The notes below the pieces were generated by a model. That model had not been told where the DNA came from. It did no database searches and saw only the letters and a program-made list of their open reading frames with translations. This document shows, in pieces, positions 29,840 through 39,311 of a stretch of 64,000 bases of DNA (positions are counted from its first letter, which is position 1; each line of letters begins with the position of its first letter). Source of the DNA: a virus (taxonomy: Duplodnaviria; Heunggongvirae; Uroviricota; Caudoviricetes); the IMG/VR virus record IMGVR_UViG_3300013102_000004, positions 70,630 through 134,629 of that record, one strand, 5' to 3'. A program made the translations under genes and the position numbers.

Positions 29840-30826
29840 TTAGCTAAAACGCGGATCATCCACTATATGTTGGAAGGCTTCTCGTGTCAAACACAACCAG
29901 TCGTACTCTTCGTGCATCTCAAAACTATTCTTAAATGCCTTCAAAGCCTGGTTCTCAAAGTCATCGTAGCTTAGCTTGATCTTATCTACCAAATCTTCGA
30001 AATCTGGCTTGTAGACCTTGCCTGGATGCTCGTCTGGCCACGGTGATTGTACCAGTTCCGACTTGACTCCCAAATCATTTAAGTATTTGTGGTAGTGACA
30101 CCATGATTCTGTGCAAATTGTTGGAGTACCCTGAGCTAAGCTTTCCATAGGGATGAAGCCCCATCCTTCACCGTAACTTGGATATATGTTCACGTCAAAT
30201 CCATCAGTGAACCGAACCAGTTCGTCTGTTTCCATAGGCTTAGTGATCACCGACACATTTGGTAACTTGTCAGGAGATTGAACTACCCCATTCTGGTACC
30301 AGCGTACATGACTTCGTTGATACGCCTTAATTGTTAACGTAGCTTTGCTCGAATCATCCTTGAACGCCTCCCGGAAAGCTTCGAATCCCTCTTGAGTTCC
30401 TTTACGGCTAGCTGGTGCTCCCTGAATATAATATTTCAGTGGACCCGACCTCCGCTTCAATCTAGGCTTGTACATTTTCTCTATGCCGTGAGGGTATACC
30501 GTTTTGACGTTGTTGACACCGGCTGCTCTGTACACATCAGCGACCCAATCAGAGGTTGCCCAAACTTCATCGGCTGAATTGAACTTTTCAACCCAACCTT
30601 CGGGAAGTTCTGTTGACTCCCAAGGGCATAAAATTATTTGATATTGATTGTCTTTAGGGGTGAAGTAGTCAGGCTGCGCGAACGTAAATTCGACGAGTGC
30701 TAACGGAGTATTGAAATACACTTTGTGGCCAAGTTCCTTCAGAGCATTGACGATGCCCCAACCAGCTCTACCGAATCCGTTGTTCAGTGTGAAGTTGCTG
30801 TACGCAGTGTTGTAAGAAATGATCAT
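29840..30826 (-). CDS. Glycosyltransferase (GT4-like, GT-B fold)
   Basis: PWEST, YPHGI, RKG, YPSYGEGWGFIPMESLAQGTPTI (EgFG..lEA motif). Confidence 0.9.
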   Translation of the reverse strand: MIISYNTAYSNFTLNNGFGRAGWGIVNALKELGHKVYFNTPLALVEFTFAQPDYFTPKDNQYQIILCPWESTELPEGWVEKFNSADEVWATSDWVADVYRAAGVNNVKTVYPHGIEKMYKPRLKRRSGPLKYYIQGAPASRKGTQEGFEAFREAFKDDSSKATLTIKAYQRSHVRWYQNGVVQSPDKLPNVSVITKPMETDELVRFTDGFDVNIYPSYGEGWGFIPMESLAQGTPTICTESWCHYHKYLNDLGVKSELVQSPWPDEHPGKVYKPDFEDLVDKIKLSYDDFENQALKAFKNSFEMHEEYDWLCLTREAFQHIVDDPRFS

Positions 30827-30839
30827 GTTCAGTATTCTA

Positions 30840-31178
30840 TCATGTTCTCATCGTGCCGTCAGGCTTCAGTCTAAACGTCAAACCGTATACCTTCTTTGCT
30901 CCCGAACCAAATCCTGTATCGAACAACCAACCGTTCTCGAAAAGTAGATCAAGATGTTGCTGGACTTCTGGTGGACTGACCTTTATGATTCTTGATATGC
31001 TGTACGCACTGATTGCAGACAGTTGCATCTGAACCTTTCGCTGGTATGTGCAGGTAGATTCAATCACACTTGCAACAACCTTGGTAGTCATGCTTAGATC
31101 GGACCTGAACACCAAGTCACGCCACTTGTGGCGGCTGTAGACAGTTTCTAGATCATCTGGTTTACTTAACTCTGGCAT
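30840..31178 (-). CDS. Winged-helix DNA-binding protein
   Basis: LSMTTKVVA...SAYSISRIIKVSPPEVQQHLDLLFENGWL. Confidence 0.65.
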   Translation of the reverse strand: MPELSKPDDLETVYSRHKWRDLVFRSDLSMTTKVVASVIESTCTYQRKVQMQLSAISAYSISRIIKVSPPEVQQHLDLLFENGWLFDTGFGSGAKKVYGLTFRLKPDGTMRT

Positions 31179-31297
31179 CGTACTTCCTCATCACTCGACA
31201 GATCAGTATGACAGTCAGTAACTCATATTTCAAGTCCAACCAATCAGTGATCTTGCTCATATCACAATTGTATCAAGCTGGCAAGTTGTTGTCCAAC

Positions 31298-31326
31298 TTG
31301 ACAAACGAGATTCTGCTTACTAGACT
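31298..31326 (+). promoter_or_regulatory. SigA-type promoter of the rightward operon
   Basis: TTGACA-17-TAGACT; IR CAAGTTG/CAACTTG (31282-31300) overlaps the -35. Confidence 0.75.
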
Positions 31327-31467
31327 ATTTATGGGGTTTGTAAGTAAATTGTTTGAAATTAGGTTAAATTAACTACTCATTATTACTCTTTAACTACTCT
31401 TAATAACTTAAAGAATAGAAAAGAAAGATAAAGAGAGGTACTAATAAGAGATAAATTAAGGAAATTA

Positions 31468-31770
31468 GTGTTAAGAGAAGAATTAAAGACAGATATTGGT
31501 AAGAGAATGTTTGACTTCTCTCCTATCTCCAAAAATCATATACCTTCGGAAATTTTAAAAGAACTTATCCAAATTTATCTTAAAGAAATAGAACTTGATC
31601 TTGAATATGAAATAGAGTCAATTCACGTAGGTTCCCAAGTTCCCCCTATCTCTCGTATTATCACATTTTTTACAGAACCAGATATTTTGCTGTATACTAA
31701 GTGGAGAGGTGTCTTCTCTGTACATGGTTACGAAGCTCCTATAGTAGATTTTATTCCGAAAGAAAGTTAA
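31468..31770 (+). CDS. Hypothetical AT-rich ORF
   Basis: 100 aa with atypical composition; may be partly non-coding. Confidence 0.35.
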   Translation: MLREELKTDIGKRMFDFSPISKNHIPSEILKELIQIYLKEIELDLEYEIESIHVGSQVPPISRIITFFTEPDILLYTKWRGVFSVHGYEAPIVDFIPKES

Positions 31771-31773
31771 ATT

Positions 31774-31965
31774 ATGTTAATTACCATAGTCTCAATCCTA
31801 TTTGCTATCCTCTGTTTTGGATTGTTCGTGTTTGTTGTTCGTAAAGTCAAGGTCTGGCTAGATAAGCAGACCCCGGAAATTCTTCATCCTGACGAGTACT
31901 ACGAGAAATTACATAAAGATTTAGACAAACAGATTCATTCTCCCTATGAAAAGGATTTAAGTTAA
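31774..31965 (+). CDS. Small membrane protein
   Basis: N-terminal TM helix, TAATG overlap with next gene. Confidence 0.65.
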   Translation: MLITIVSILFAILCFGLFVFVVRKVKVWLDKQTPEILHPDEYYEKLHKDLDKQIHSPYEKDLS

Positions 31966-32765
31966 TGTGGTACCAAAATAGAGACACCCTTGACAGAATA
32001 TCAAGTGCTGGTGTTCACTCCTATGAGTCTGAATACGGAAATCCTATTGTTCGAATGAATGGTAATTTCTGGTTAGAGTGTGAAAAGGATGATGACGCCT
32101 TCACCCCACCGGCCCTGAGAACAGGAAACTGGGAGGCTTGGAATGCTGTTGCTATCATGAACGAACTTAAGGATTACGCTTGGTTCGTGGACGCAGGCGC
32201 AAACGTTGGTTACTACACCGTAATGGCTGCTGTGGCAAATGTTCCAGTGTTTTCCTATGAACCACACCCTGACGTATTCAAATTAATCGTACGGTCTCTC
32301 AGGCTGAACAACATTGAACCCTGGAATACAAACGTCAAGCTGCACAATTATGGTTTGGGGCGAGAATCTGGTAAGCTCGTGTTGCACGAGGTTGAAAACC
32401 ATACTGGTGCAAACAGTTTCGCCGGATCAGGAGACGGAATCGAAGTAGATGTTGTCACACTTGACCATTCGCTAGATCAACCGTACACTTCAGATGTAAA
32501 GCACGTCATCAAGGCAGACGTAGAAGGTTTCGAACGTGAAGTTTGGGACGGTGCAAAACAACTCAACGAGAACTGTGATACAGTATGGTTCGTTGAATGG
32601 GTACCTGTTCGCCACGGAGCGGACTACAACCGTGAATGGTTGAACGAGGTTATCCAATCCCACGATCTACAAATGGTCAATATGGACGGAAGTCTGAGGC
32701 CGGTAGGTGTGGAAGAAGCTCTTAATGTAGAGTTTGAAACAATCGTATTCCGTAAGAGGGTTTAA
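31965..32765 (+). CDS. FkbM-family SAM-dependent methyltransferase
   Basis: FVDAGANVGYY, YEPHP, VTLD, IKADVEGFEREV. Confidence 0.92.
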   Translation: MWYQNRDTLDRISSAGVHSYESEYGNPIVRMNGNFWLECEKDDDAFTPPALRTGNWEAWNAVAIMNELKDYAWFVDAGANVGYYTVMAAVANVPVFSYEPHPDVFKLIVRSLRLNNIEPWNTNVKLHNYGLGRESGKLVLHEVENHTGANSFAGSGDGIEVDVVTLDHSLDQPYTSDVKHVIKADVEGFEREVWDGAKQLNENCDTVWFVEWVPVRHGADYNREWLNEVIQSHDLQMVNMDGSLRPVGVEEALNVEFETIVFRKRV

Positions 32766-32766
32766 C

Positions 32767-32924
32767 ATGCCCTACTTCGGTGATCAGGAATCTTCCCTAT
32801 TGGAAGAGTGGTTGGCAGAAGCCGAACAAGAATATCTTTTAACTTCAGACGAGTTTCAAAAGAGTGTTGTTCGTGACAGAATACAAGACATAAAAGACGT
32901 TCTCTACCGTAGGGGACGACGCGG

Positions 32925-32928
<4 letters not shown>
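32767..32928 (+). CDS. Hypothetical protein
   Basis: 53 aa MPYFGDQESS..., RBS AAGAGG. Confidence 0.55.
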
Positions 32929-33598
<670 letters not shown>

Positions 33599-33599
33599 T

Positions 33600-34313
33600 T
33601 TGTCAGTAGATGTTAAGTTTTTCACCGACTCTGAAGTTCAGTTGATCAAGAGTAATTCAACTGATCAAGACGTGGCGCGTGCAGCTTGGGTATCTACACT
33701 TGGCGAAGAGGCAGTGGACTATGACTCATCACGACAGAATGGTTTAATTAACTATTTGATGCGTGATCGTCATGGTTCGCCGTTCGAACACGGTAGCTTT
33801 ACATTCTTTGTGAAGACACCGTTGTTCGTTCGGTCAGAGTTTCATCGTCACCGTGTAGGTTGGTCATATAATGAAGAGTCTGGTCGTTATAGCCAGATGA
33901 AGCCACACTTCTATACCATCCCTGAGGGCCGCAATCTTACCCAGTCTGGTAAGCCTGGACATTATCTTTTTGCTCCTGGTACAGCGGCACAGCATAACCT
34001 TACAAAGGGTATCCAGATCAACAGTTCCATTACTGCTTACTCTGAATATCAGGTATTGCTAGACGCGGGCGTAGCCAAAGAGGTTGCCCGTATGCATCTT
34101 CCGCTCAACCTTATGACGAGCTTCTATGCAACATGTAATTCCAGAAGTCTTATGCACTTTCTCGGATTGAGAACCAAGGATGACTCTGCAACCTTCCCTT
34201 CTAACCCACAATTCGAAATCAATTCGGTTGCAAGTAAGATGGAATATGAGTTCGCAAAGCAGATGCCTGTGACCTATCAAGCATGGCTGGACAACGGACG
34301 AGTAGCGCCTTGA
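33600..34313 (+). CDS. thyX: Flavin-dependent thymidylate synthase
   Basis: HGSPFEH, RHRVGWSYNEESGRY (RHRx7S), KEVARMHLP. Confidence 0.96.
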   Translation: MSVDVKFFTDSEVQLIKSNSTDQDVARAAWVSTLGEEAVDYDSSRQNGLINYLMRDRHGSPFEHGSFTFFVKTPLFVRSEFHRHRVGWSYNEESGRYSQMKPHFYTIPEGRNLTQSGKPGHYLFAPGTAAQHNLTKGIQINSSITAYSEYQVLLDAGVAKEVARMHLPLNLMTSFYATCNSRSLMHFLGLRTKDDSATFPSNPQFEINSVASKMEYEFAKQMPVTYQAWLDNGRVAP

Positions 34314-35326
34314 TAGACGTCAAAGCTGCTATACTTGATCTGTTGGCTAAGGTCAGCGGAAAGGCAAGGTACATCAATATGCAAAAAGTTAAAGACCTAA
34401 CTCCGGTCACGAAGTACGGAGTAGGCGGTACCGATTTAGGTATTCCTTTCACATTGGAAAATGGTTCGACAGGATACCTGTTCGGAGATACCTTCAGTTC
34501 GTTAATGCCGGGTGGTGCTAATTGGCGTAGTCCTGTAGCATTGCGCAGTCATGAACCTATTGAAAATGGTATCGAGTTTGATTCAGCTTATAAGTTAGCT
34601 GGCGAGGGACTAGCACCCGAAATTATCGCAAATCAGCACAACACAAGCGGTAATGGCGAGTTTACTATTATCCCTAACGACGGAATCAGCTTCCCTGAGA
34701 CCGGGCGTCAGATCATAAGTTATATGTCTGTGAGAAACTGGGACAACGGTACTTGGCGAACTAACAATACTGGTTTTGCTTACTCGGATAACGGCAACGA
34801 TTTCGTTAAGTTAAACTGGCAATGGAACAACAACTGGGCAGGCACAGATATCTTGCAGATGGTGTCGATGCAACGAGAAGGCAACTGGGTATACTTGCTC
34901 AGTACTTCAAACGGGCGACATTTGACAGATGGTTTGTACTTGCGTAGGGTTCCCTGGGACAAGATGTTCGATCCATTCGCTTACGAGCATTGGACTTGGA
35001 ACGGTACTTGGCAGTGGACTAAGAATTATAATTGGTTCTTTCATCCTATCCTTGCTGGTAGATTCGGAGAGCCTAGCTTGAGAAAGCTAAAGGATGGACG
35101 TTGGGTAATTAGCGTAATCGACGCAGCGAATGATAGACTCTCGTTGTACGATGCCCCAACAGTCACATCAGTATGGAACCACCGAACACTGATTTCGAAC
35201 ACATCTTCGGAATCCATATACGGAGGATTCGTACACCCCAATTCGACAAGCCAGTCATTACATGTAATACTGAGCAAGTGGAATGCAACCAAGTACGGTT
35301 GCGAACAGTGGAAAACTAGTTTGTAA
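34310..35326 (+). CDS. DUF4185-family protein (putative GH183 endo-D-arabinanase)
   Basis: GTDLGIP..YLFGDTF..WRSP..IPNDGI..YMSV..AYSD.NG..GEPSL..YGGFVHP; TTG start overlaps thyX stop (alternative ATG 34379). Confidence 0.8.
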   Translation: MIDVKAAILDLLAKVSGKARYINMQKVKDLTPVTKYGVGGTDLGIPFTLENGSTGYLFGDTFSSLMPGGANWRSPVALRSHEPIENGIEFDSAYKLAGEGLAPEIIANQHNTSGNGEFTIIPNDGISFPETGRQIISYMSVRNWDNGTWRTNNTGFAYSDNGNDFVKLNWQWNNNWAGTDILQMVSMQREGNWVYLLSTSNGRHLTDGLYLRRVPWDKMFDPFAYEHWTWNGTWQWTKNYNWFFHPILAGRFGEPSLRKLKDGRWVISVIDAANDRLSLYDAPTVTSVWNHRTLISNTSSESIYGGFVHPNSTSQSLHVILSKWNATKYGCEQWKTSL

Positions 35327-35331
35327 GAAAG

Positions 35332-35366
35332 TTGACAGAGAGTCTAGCAAGTGTTAGGCTCTCTGT
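35332..35366 (+). promoter_or_regulatory. SigA-type promoter within an inverted repeat
   Basis: TTGACA-17-TAGGCT; IR ACAGAGAG/CTCTCTGT. Confidence 0.7.
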
Positions 35367-35388
35367 TATACCAACCAAGGGAGTTCAC

Positions 35389-35583
35389 ATGGAAAACCGT
35401 AGCAGCCTTCAGTACATTGCAGATTTTTACGCTGGCGCACAGAAGACCACCCAACCTTCAACAAATTCCAAGGGCGTATTTGCACGCCGACAAGCAAAGT
35501 CACAGCCCAAGATGGGCAAGATGTGCCCCGCATGTGGTTTGATGCGCAGTCTTTCCGGCTCTTGCGACTGCAACACCTTTTAG
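35389..35583 (+). CDS. Small Zn-ribbon protein
   Basis: RBS AAGGGAG; C-terminal CPACG...CDC. Confidence 0.65.
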   Translation: MENRSSLQYIADFYAGAQKTTQPSTNSKGVFARRQAKSQPKMGKMCPACGLMRSLSGSCDCNTF

Positions 35584-35722
35584 ATTATCATGACTTGCAA
35601 ACACTGTGATAGAGAAATCAATTTTATTGAGTTCCATCAGGGCTTCTGGTTACATGACCACACCGGTAGAGTTCTCTGCACAAGCGGAGAAACAACCGCA
35701 ACTCCAAAACAAAGGATTACAA

Positions 35723-35917
35723 ATGATTCAGCTTCTTAACCGTCGTGTCAGCTTCAGCCTGTTCTATGTGCTGGAAATCTTTCTGTTCACCATTGTGCTT
35801 CTGGCCACCGGATCATTCTGGCTGGCGGTTATCGTTAACGCGGTTACAATCGTCATTTGGAACTTGAAGTTCCAGAATGCGGGACGACAGACCATCGAAT
35901 TCGAGGACGGTAAGTAA
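35723..35917 (+). CDS. Small membrane protein (2 TM)
   Basis: RBS AAAGGA; two hydrophobic segments. Confidence 0.6.
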   Translation: MIQLLNRRVSFSLFYVLEIFLFTIVLLATGSFWLAVIVNAVTIVIWNLKFQNAGRQTIEFEDGK

Positions 35918-36174
35918 TGGCAGCAGGATACGATGACATTGCTGAGTGGTTCGATTGGGGACTTTCGGCAGAAAAGGCTTACATGATCGTCTGGTGTGAC
36001 ATGTTTGATTACGATGACTATCCAGCATATTATGAAGACAAAGATGCAGCTCAGGCAGCCTTGGATTCTCCAAGCAGTATGCAGCGGGCAATGGAATGCT
36101 ACGATCTGAATTCCGATAGGGATACTCAGTTAGATAAGACTCGCGCTTGGGCACTAAAGAGGAACTACTCTTGA
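35917..36174 (+). CDS. Hypothetical protein
   Basis: 85 aa, acidic, coupled overlaps; AYMIVWCDMFDYDDYPAY. Confidence 0.7.
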   Translation: MAAGYDDIAEWFDWGLSAEKAYMIVWCDMFDYDDYPAYYEDKDAAQAALDSPSSMQRAMECYDLNSDRDTQLDKTRAWALKRNYS

Positions 36175-36764
36175 ATATCTTGCCTATTGAAGAGCAAAAG
36201 GCAATGCGTGAAAAAGATTGTTTTGATGACCGGAACATCGTAGAGGAATTTAAGGGTCTAGAGACCGAGACTATCAAGTCAATTATGAAATTACGCTCTA
36301 GTAACCTGGTCGTCATGTGCTCAAACGAAATCAAGGATTTCAATTGGGGTAGTGTGGTTCGCTCTGCAAATAGTTTTGGAGTCTCGGAGGTAGTTTTCAC
36401 CGGACGCAAGGCTTATAACCGTAGAGGTGCTGTCGGAGCGAACAACTACACTGATATTCAATATGTCCCAGACACTATCGAAGCTCTGACACATTATAAA
36501 GTTAATCTAGGTTATCGCCTGGTTGCTGTGGAATATGACGAGCGTTATCAGATGGAAAACTTGCAGACCTACGATTGGTCTGAGAAGTCTGTTATCATAT
36601 TCGGTGAAGAGGGTCGTAGCCTTACAGAAGAGATTCTTGATTTCTGTGATGACATTGTGTACGTTCCTATGTATGGCACAGTTCGAAGCCTGAATTTGGC
36701 AAGTTGCGCCACTGTGGTAATGTATGACTACGACACAAAGATGCGACAAACACCAACGTATTAA
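36171..36764 (+). CDS. SpoU/TrmH-family RNA 2'-O-methyltransferase
   Basis: NWGSVVRSANSFG, RRGAVGA, IIFGEEGRSL, YVPMYGTVRSLNLA (SPOUT knot); TTG start in TTGA overlap. Confidence 0.93.
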   Translation: MNILPIEEQKAMREKDCFDDRNIVEEFKGLETETIKSIMKLRSSNLVVMCSNEIKDFNWGSVVRSANSFGVSEVVFTGRKAYNRRGAVGANNYTDIQYVPDTIEALTHYKVNLGYRLVAVEYDERYQMENLQTYDWSEKSVIIFGEEGRSLTEEILDFCDDIVYVPMYGTVRSLNLASCATVVMYDYDTKMRQTPTY

Positions 36765-36778
36765 TGTATACTTAGAGT

Positions 36779-36898
36779 ATGGAAGACCCATACGAGGACG
36801 AAGAGGAATACGAGGATTGGTTTAATCCATTCCCCATGATAGTCTATGCAAAGCAAAAGACTTCCGTACATCTTTCTTCAATAACCCACAGACTATAG
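36779..36898 (+). CDS. Hypothetical acidic 39-aa peptide
   Basis: TATACT-6nt-ATG; MEDPYEDEEEYEDWFNPF... Confidence 0.4.
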   Translation: MEDPYEDEEEYEDWFNPFPMIVYAKQKTSVHLSSITHRL

Positions 36899-36910
36899 GA
36901 GTTAACTTAA

Positions 36911-37153
36911 ATGATGGCAGCTCGCCCAATCGTGGCGCGTACGAGTCGTGAAGACATTCTTCCCAACAGCATTACGAATGCAAAATGTGCAGCGTGCGGG
37001 AATGTTTTCAGTAACTCACGTAATTTTGATGCTCACCGCCGCTGGTCGGATGCCAAGCAGGAAAGCTACTGTGTAAATCCTGACACTGTAAAGCTTCAGC
37101 TCAGTGACAAGGGTCTGTGGATCACTGCCAGTGAATGGTTCAAGGAACAGTAG
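36911..37153 (+). CDS. Zn-binding protein with FDxHR motif
   Basis: CAACGNVF..NFDAHRR...CVNP; RBS AGGAG. Confidence 0.75.
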   Translation: MMAARPIVARTSREDILPNSITNAKCAACGNVFSNSRNFDAHRRWSDAKQESYCVNPDTVKLQLSDKGLWITASEWFKEQ

Positions 37154-37365
37154 TGGATAACGAAGACATTATTGAGTACTTGCAGATGCACAGTACTCAG
37201 CAGGAGCAGTTAATTGACATTCTGATGGTTCTTTTGAGCCTGTCAAGCCCTGAAGAGGCCGGGTTCCTGGATTATGCACACAACACGCGTAAAAAGTTTC
37301 TTAGTTCGTTAACTAAAGAGGAATACGCACAACTAAGAGGAGAATTTGAACGTGACAGTCGTTGA
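37153..37365 (+). CDS. Hypothetical protein
   Basis: GTG start overlapping upstream TAG. Confidence 0.55.
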   Translation: MDNEDIIEYLQMHSTQQEQLIDILMVLLSLSSPEEAGFLDYAHNTRKKFLSSLTKEEYAQLRGEFERDSR

Positions 37366-37519
37366 ACCTATTCTGGGAATCATCGGTTTTCTTGTTGTAG
37401 TTTATCTGGCAGCAAGAGTCATCATCTGGGGAATTGATAAGCTCTATGACCGATTCTTCGGAATCTGGGACGAGCCTATCTCGTTTGACGATGTTGAAGA
37501 GGGCGAAATTAGTGGCTGA
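37352..37519 (+). CDS. Small membrane protein
   Basis: 55 aa, RBS GAGGAG, TM segment ILGIIGFLVVVYLAA. Confidence 0.55.
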   Translation: MTVVEPILGIIGFLVVVYLAARVIIWGIDKLYDRFFGIWDEPISFDDVEEGEISG

Positions 37520-37670
37520 AAAGTACTCGGTTTTTATTTACCCTGACGCGGTAATCAACGGAAATCGCATTGACCGCAAGGAATTAGAGACGACTCTCTA
37601 TTCCAATGAGCGAAATTGCAAGTACGTCATCCCAACACGGAATATTCGATACATTAGAGAAAGTATTTAA
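37512..37670 (+). CDS. Hypothetical protein
   Basis: GTG start, RBS AGAGGG, TAATG overlap with ligase. Confidence 0.5.
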   Translation: MAEKYSVFIYPDAVINGNRIDRKELETTLYSNERNCKYVIPTRNIRYIRESI

Positions 37671-38218
37671 TGGAGTTTGTAGAGTACGGAAAGACGAATC
37701 GGTTATACCGAGATATAGTTATTACAGAAAAGATCGACGGCTCAAACTGTGTCATCGGAATTGACATTGAGAACCGCAGAATCTACGCTGGTAGTCGTAC
37801 TAAGTGGCTGAATAATGAGCAGGATCACTTCGGTTTTCACAAATGGGTTACCGAAAACTGCCACACTCTTTTCAATGATCTTGGACCGGGCTTGCATCGT
37901 GGCGAATGGTTTGGTCAGAAGATGCAGCGCAAGTACGGTATGGATCATAGAGAGTTTGCTTTATTCAATACCGATAAGTGGGGAAAGGTAGAATTTGAAA
38001 CCCCAAATTTACGCACAGTGCCTGTATTATATGAAGGAATCTTCTCTGAACATGCAATCATTGGTCGTCTTGATGAGTTGCGGGAATACGGTAGTGTTGC
38101 ATCACCGGGATTCATGAATCCCGAAGGTATTTGTATATTCCATACGCAAGCCAACATGGTGTTTAAAGTTTTGCTAGAGAACGATCAAATGTCCAAGACG
38201 GAGGCGGGTGTAAAGTGA
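37670..38218 (+). CDS. ATP-dependent RNA ligase (minimal Rnl2-like adenylation domain)
   Basis: TEKIDGSN (KxDG), GSRTKW, GEWFG, FALFN, PVLYEG, EGICI, FKV. Confidence 0.88.
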   Translation: MEFVEYGKTNRLYRDIVITEKIDGSNCVIGIDIENRRIYAGSRTKWLNNEQDHFGFHKWVTENCHTLFNDLGPGLHRGEWFGQKMQRKYGMDHREFALFNTDKWGKVEFETPNLRTVPVLYEGIFSEHAIIGRLDELREYGSVASPGFMNPEGICIFHTQANMVFKVLLENDQMSKTEAGVK

Positions 38219-38448
38219 AGACGATACTTATCGTACTAGCTCTTGCATTCGCGGGCACACTCATGGTAGGTTGTGGTTCAGAGAAATTCACACCGGATAG
38301 TGCGGAGCATGTTCCTGATATGGTAAATGTTCCAACGTACAAGGTTCACCTACAGAATGGTGGATATCTAACGTGTGTATACCTGACTCAAGCCGGTAAC
38401 TATGGTGGTACTGGTGGACCAACTTGTGATTGGAGCAAGGCAGAATGA
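38215..38448 (+). CDS. Small lipoprotein
   Basis: Signal peptide with lipobox-like MVGC. Confidence 0.65.
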   Translation: MKTILIVLALAFAGTLMVGCGSEKFTPDSAEHVPDMVNVPTYKVHLQNGGYLTCVYLTQAGNYGGTGGPTCDWSKAE

Positions 38449-39281
38449 TTGAGCTTTTTACAAGGGTCGGTAGGCGTCTGTGCGCTATTGATGCTGACGA
38501 ACATTTCATGCGCTTTCCTGGTGGAGAGTTGCATATGAAATCTGATGCTGATATGTTCAGCGGAGATGAAATTGCTTTGATCCGTGGGCATGTTGAGACT
38601 GACGATTTTATCAAGCTTGCCATGTGGTCAGAAGTTGTTGCTGATCAAAACGGTACTTCGTATGCGTACATCCCCTATTTGCCCGCTGCGCGTGCAGACA
38701 AGGGCGTTCCTCTGGGAGGTCAGATTTACGCTAATATGATCAACAGTGCAGATGTTGATTTGCTGTTTGCTACAGATGTTCATAGCCAGAAAGCAATTGA
38801 GTTCTACAGCGGCTTGCACAATTACAACGTGGATGATATTGTCGCAGATTATCTTATTTCTAACGGTCGTCGGTATGATGCAATTATTGCCCCTGATAAG
38901 GGAGCCGCCGAACGTGCGCGTATATTTGCGGAATACATGAAACTGCCAGTATTGCAGGCAGAAAAGGTGCGTAACCAGAACACTGGTGCATTGTCGGGTT
39001 TTAGTTGTACTGATGCTGAAGAGTTCGGAGCGGGACACTTTCTGATTTTCGATGATATTTGTGATGGTGGTGGAACCTTCAATGGTCTAGCCGATCAGAT
39101 CATGCAAGAGAATCAGAGGGCTAAACTGGATTTGTTTGTCACTCATGGCATCTTCAGCAAGGGAACGCGGGAGCTTGACAAGCGATTCATCAACATCTTT
39201 ACTACTGACACATGGTCTAAGTATTCAACCGGGAGTCAAGATATCATTCCAGTTGTCAACCAAGTTTTGAAAACTATTTAA
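38445..39281 (+). CDS. prs: PRPP-synthetase-like protein (Prs / NARP1 Adps-like)
   Basis: FPGGE, IPYLPAARAD, TDVHS, IAPDKGAAERA, LIFDDICDGGGTF, LFVTHGIFS. Confidence 0.9.
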   Translation: MIELFTRVGRRLCAIDADEHFMRFPGGELHMKSDADMFSGDEIALIRGHVETDDFIKLAMWSEVVADQNGTSYAYIPYLPAARADKGVPLGGQIYANMINSADVDLLFATDVHSQKAIEFYSGLHNYNVDDIVADYLISNGRRYDAIIAPDKGAAERARIFAEYMKLPVLQAEKVRNQNTGALSGFSCTDAEEFGAGHFLIFDDICDGGGTFNGLADQIMQENQRAKLDLFVTHGIFSKGTRELDKRFINIFTTDTWSKYSTGSQDIIPVVNQVLKTI

Positions 39282-39311
39282 GGAGCTATAATTCAGTTCA
39301 ATCCTATCGGG

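Noticed and set aside
34283-34309. ORF-track ATG start for the DUF4185 gene inside thyX
   Set aside because: Overlaps thyX by 31 nt; the TTGA-coupled start at 34310 or ATG 34379 is more plausible
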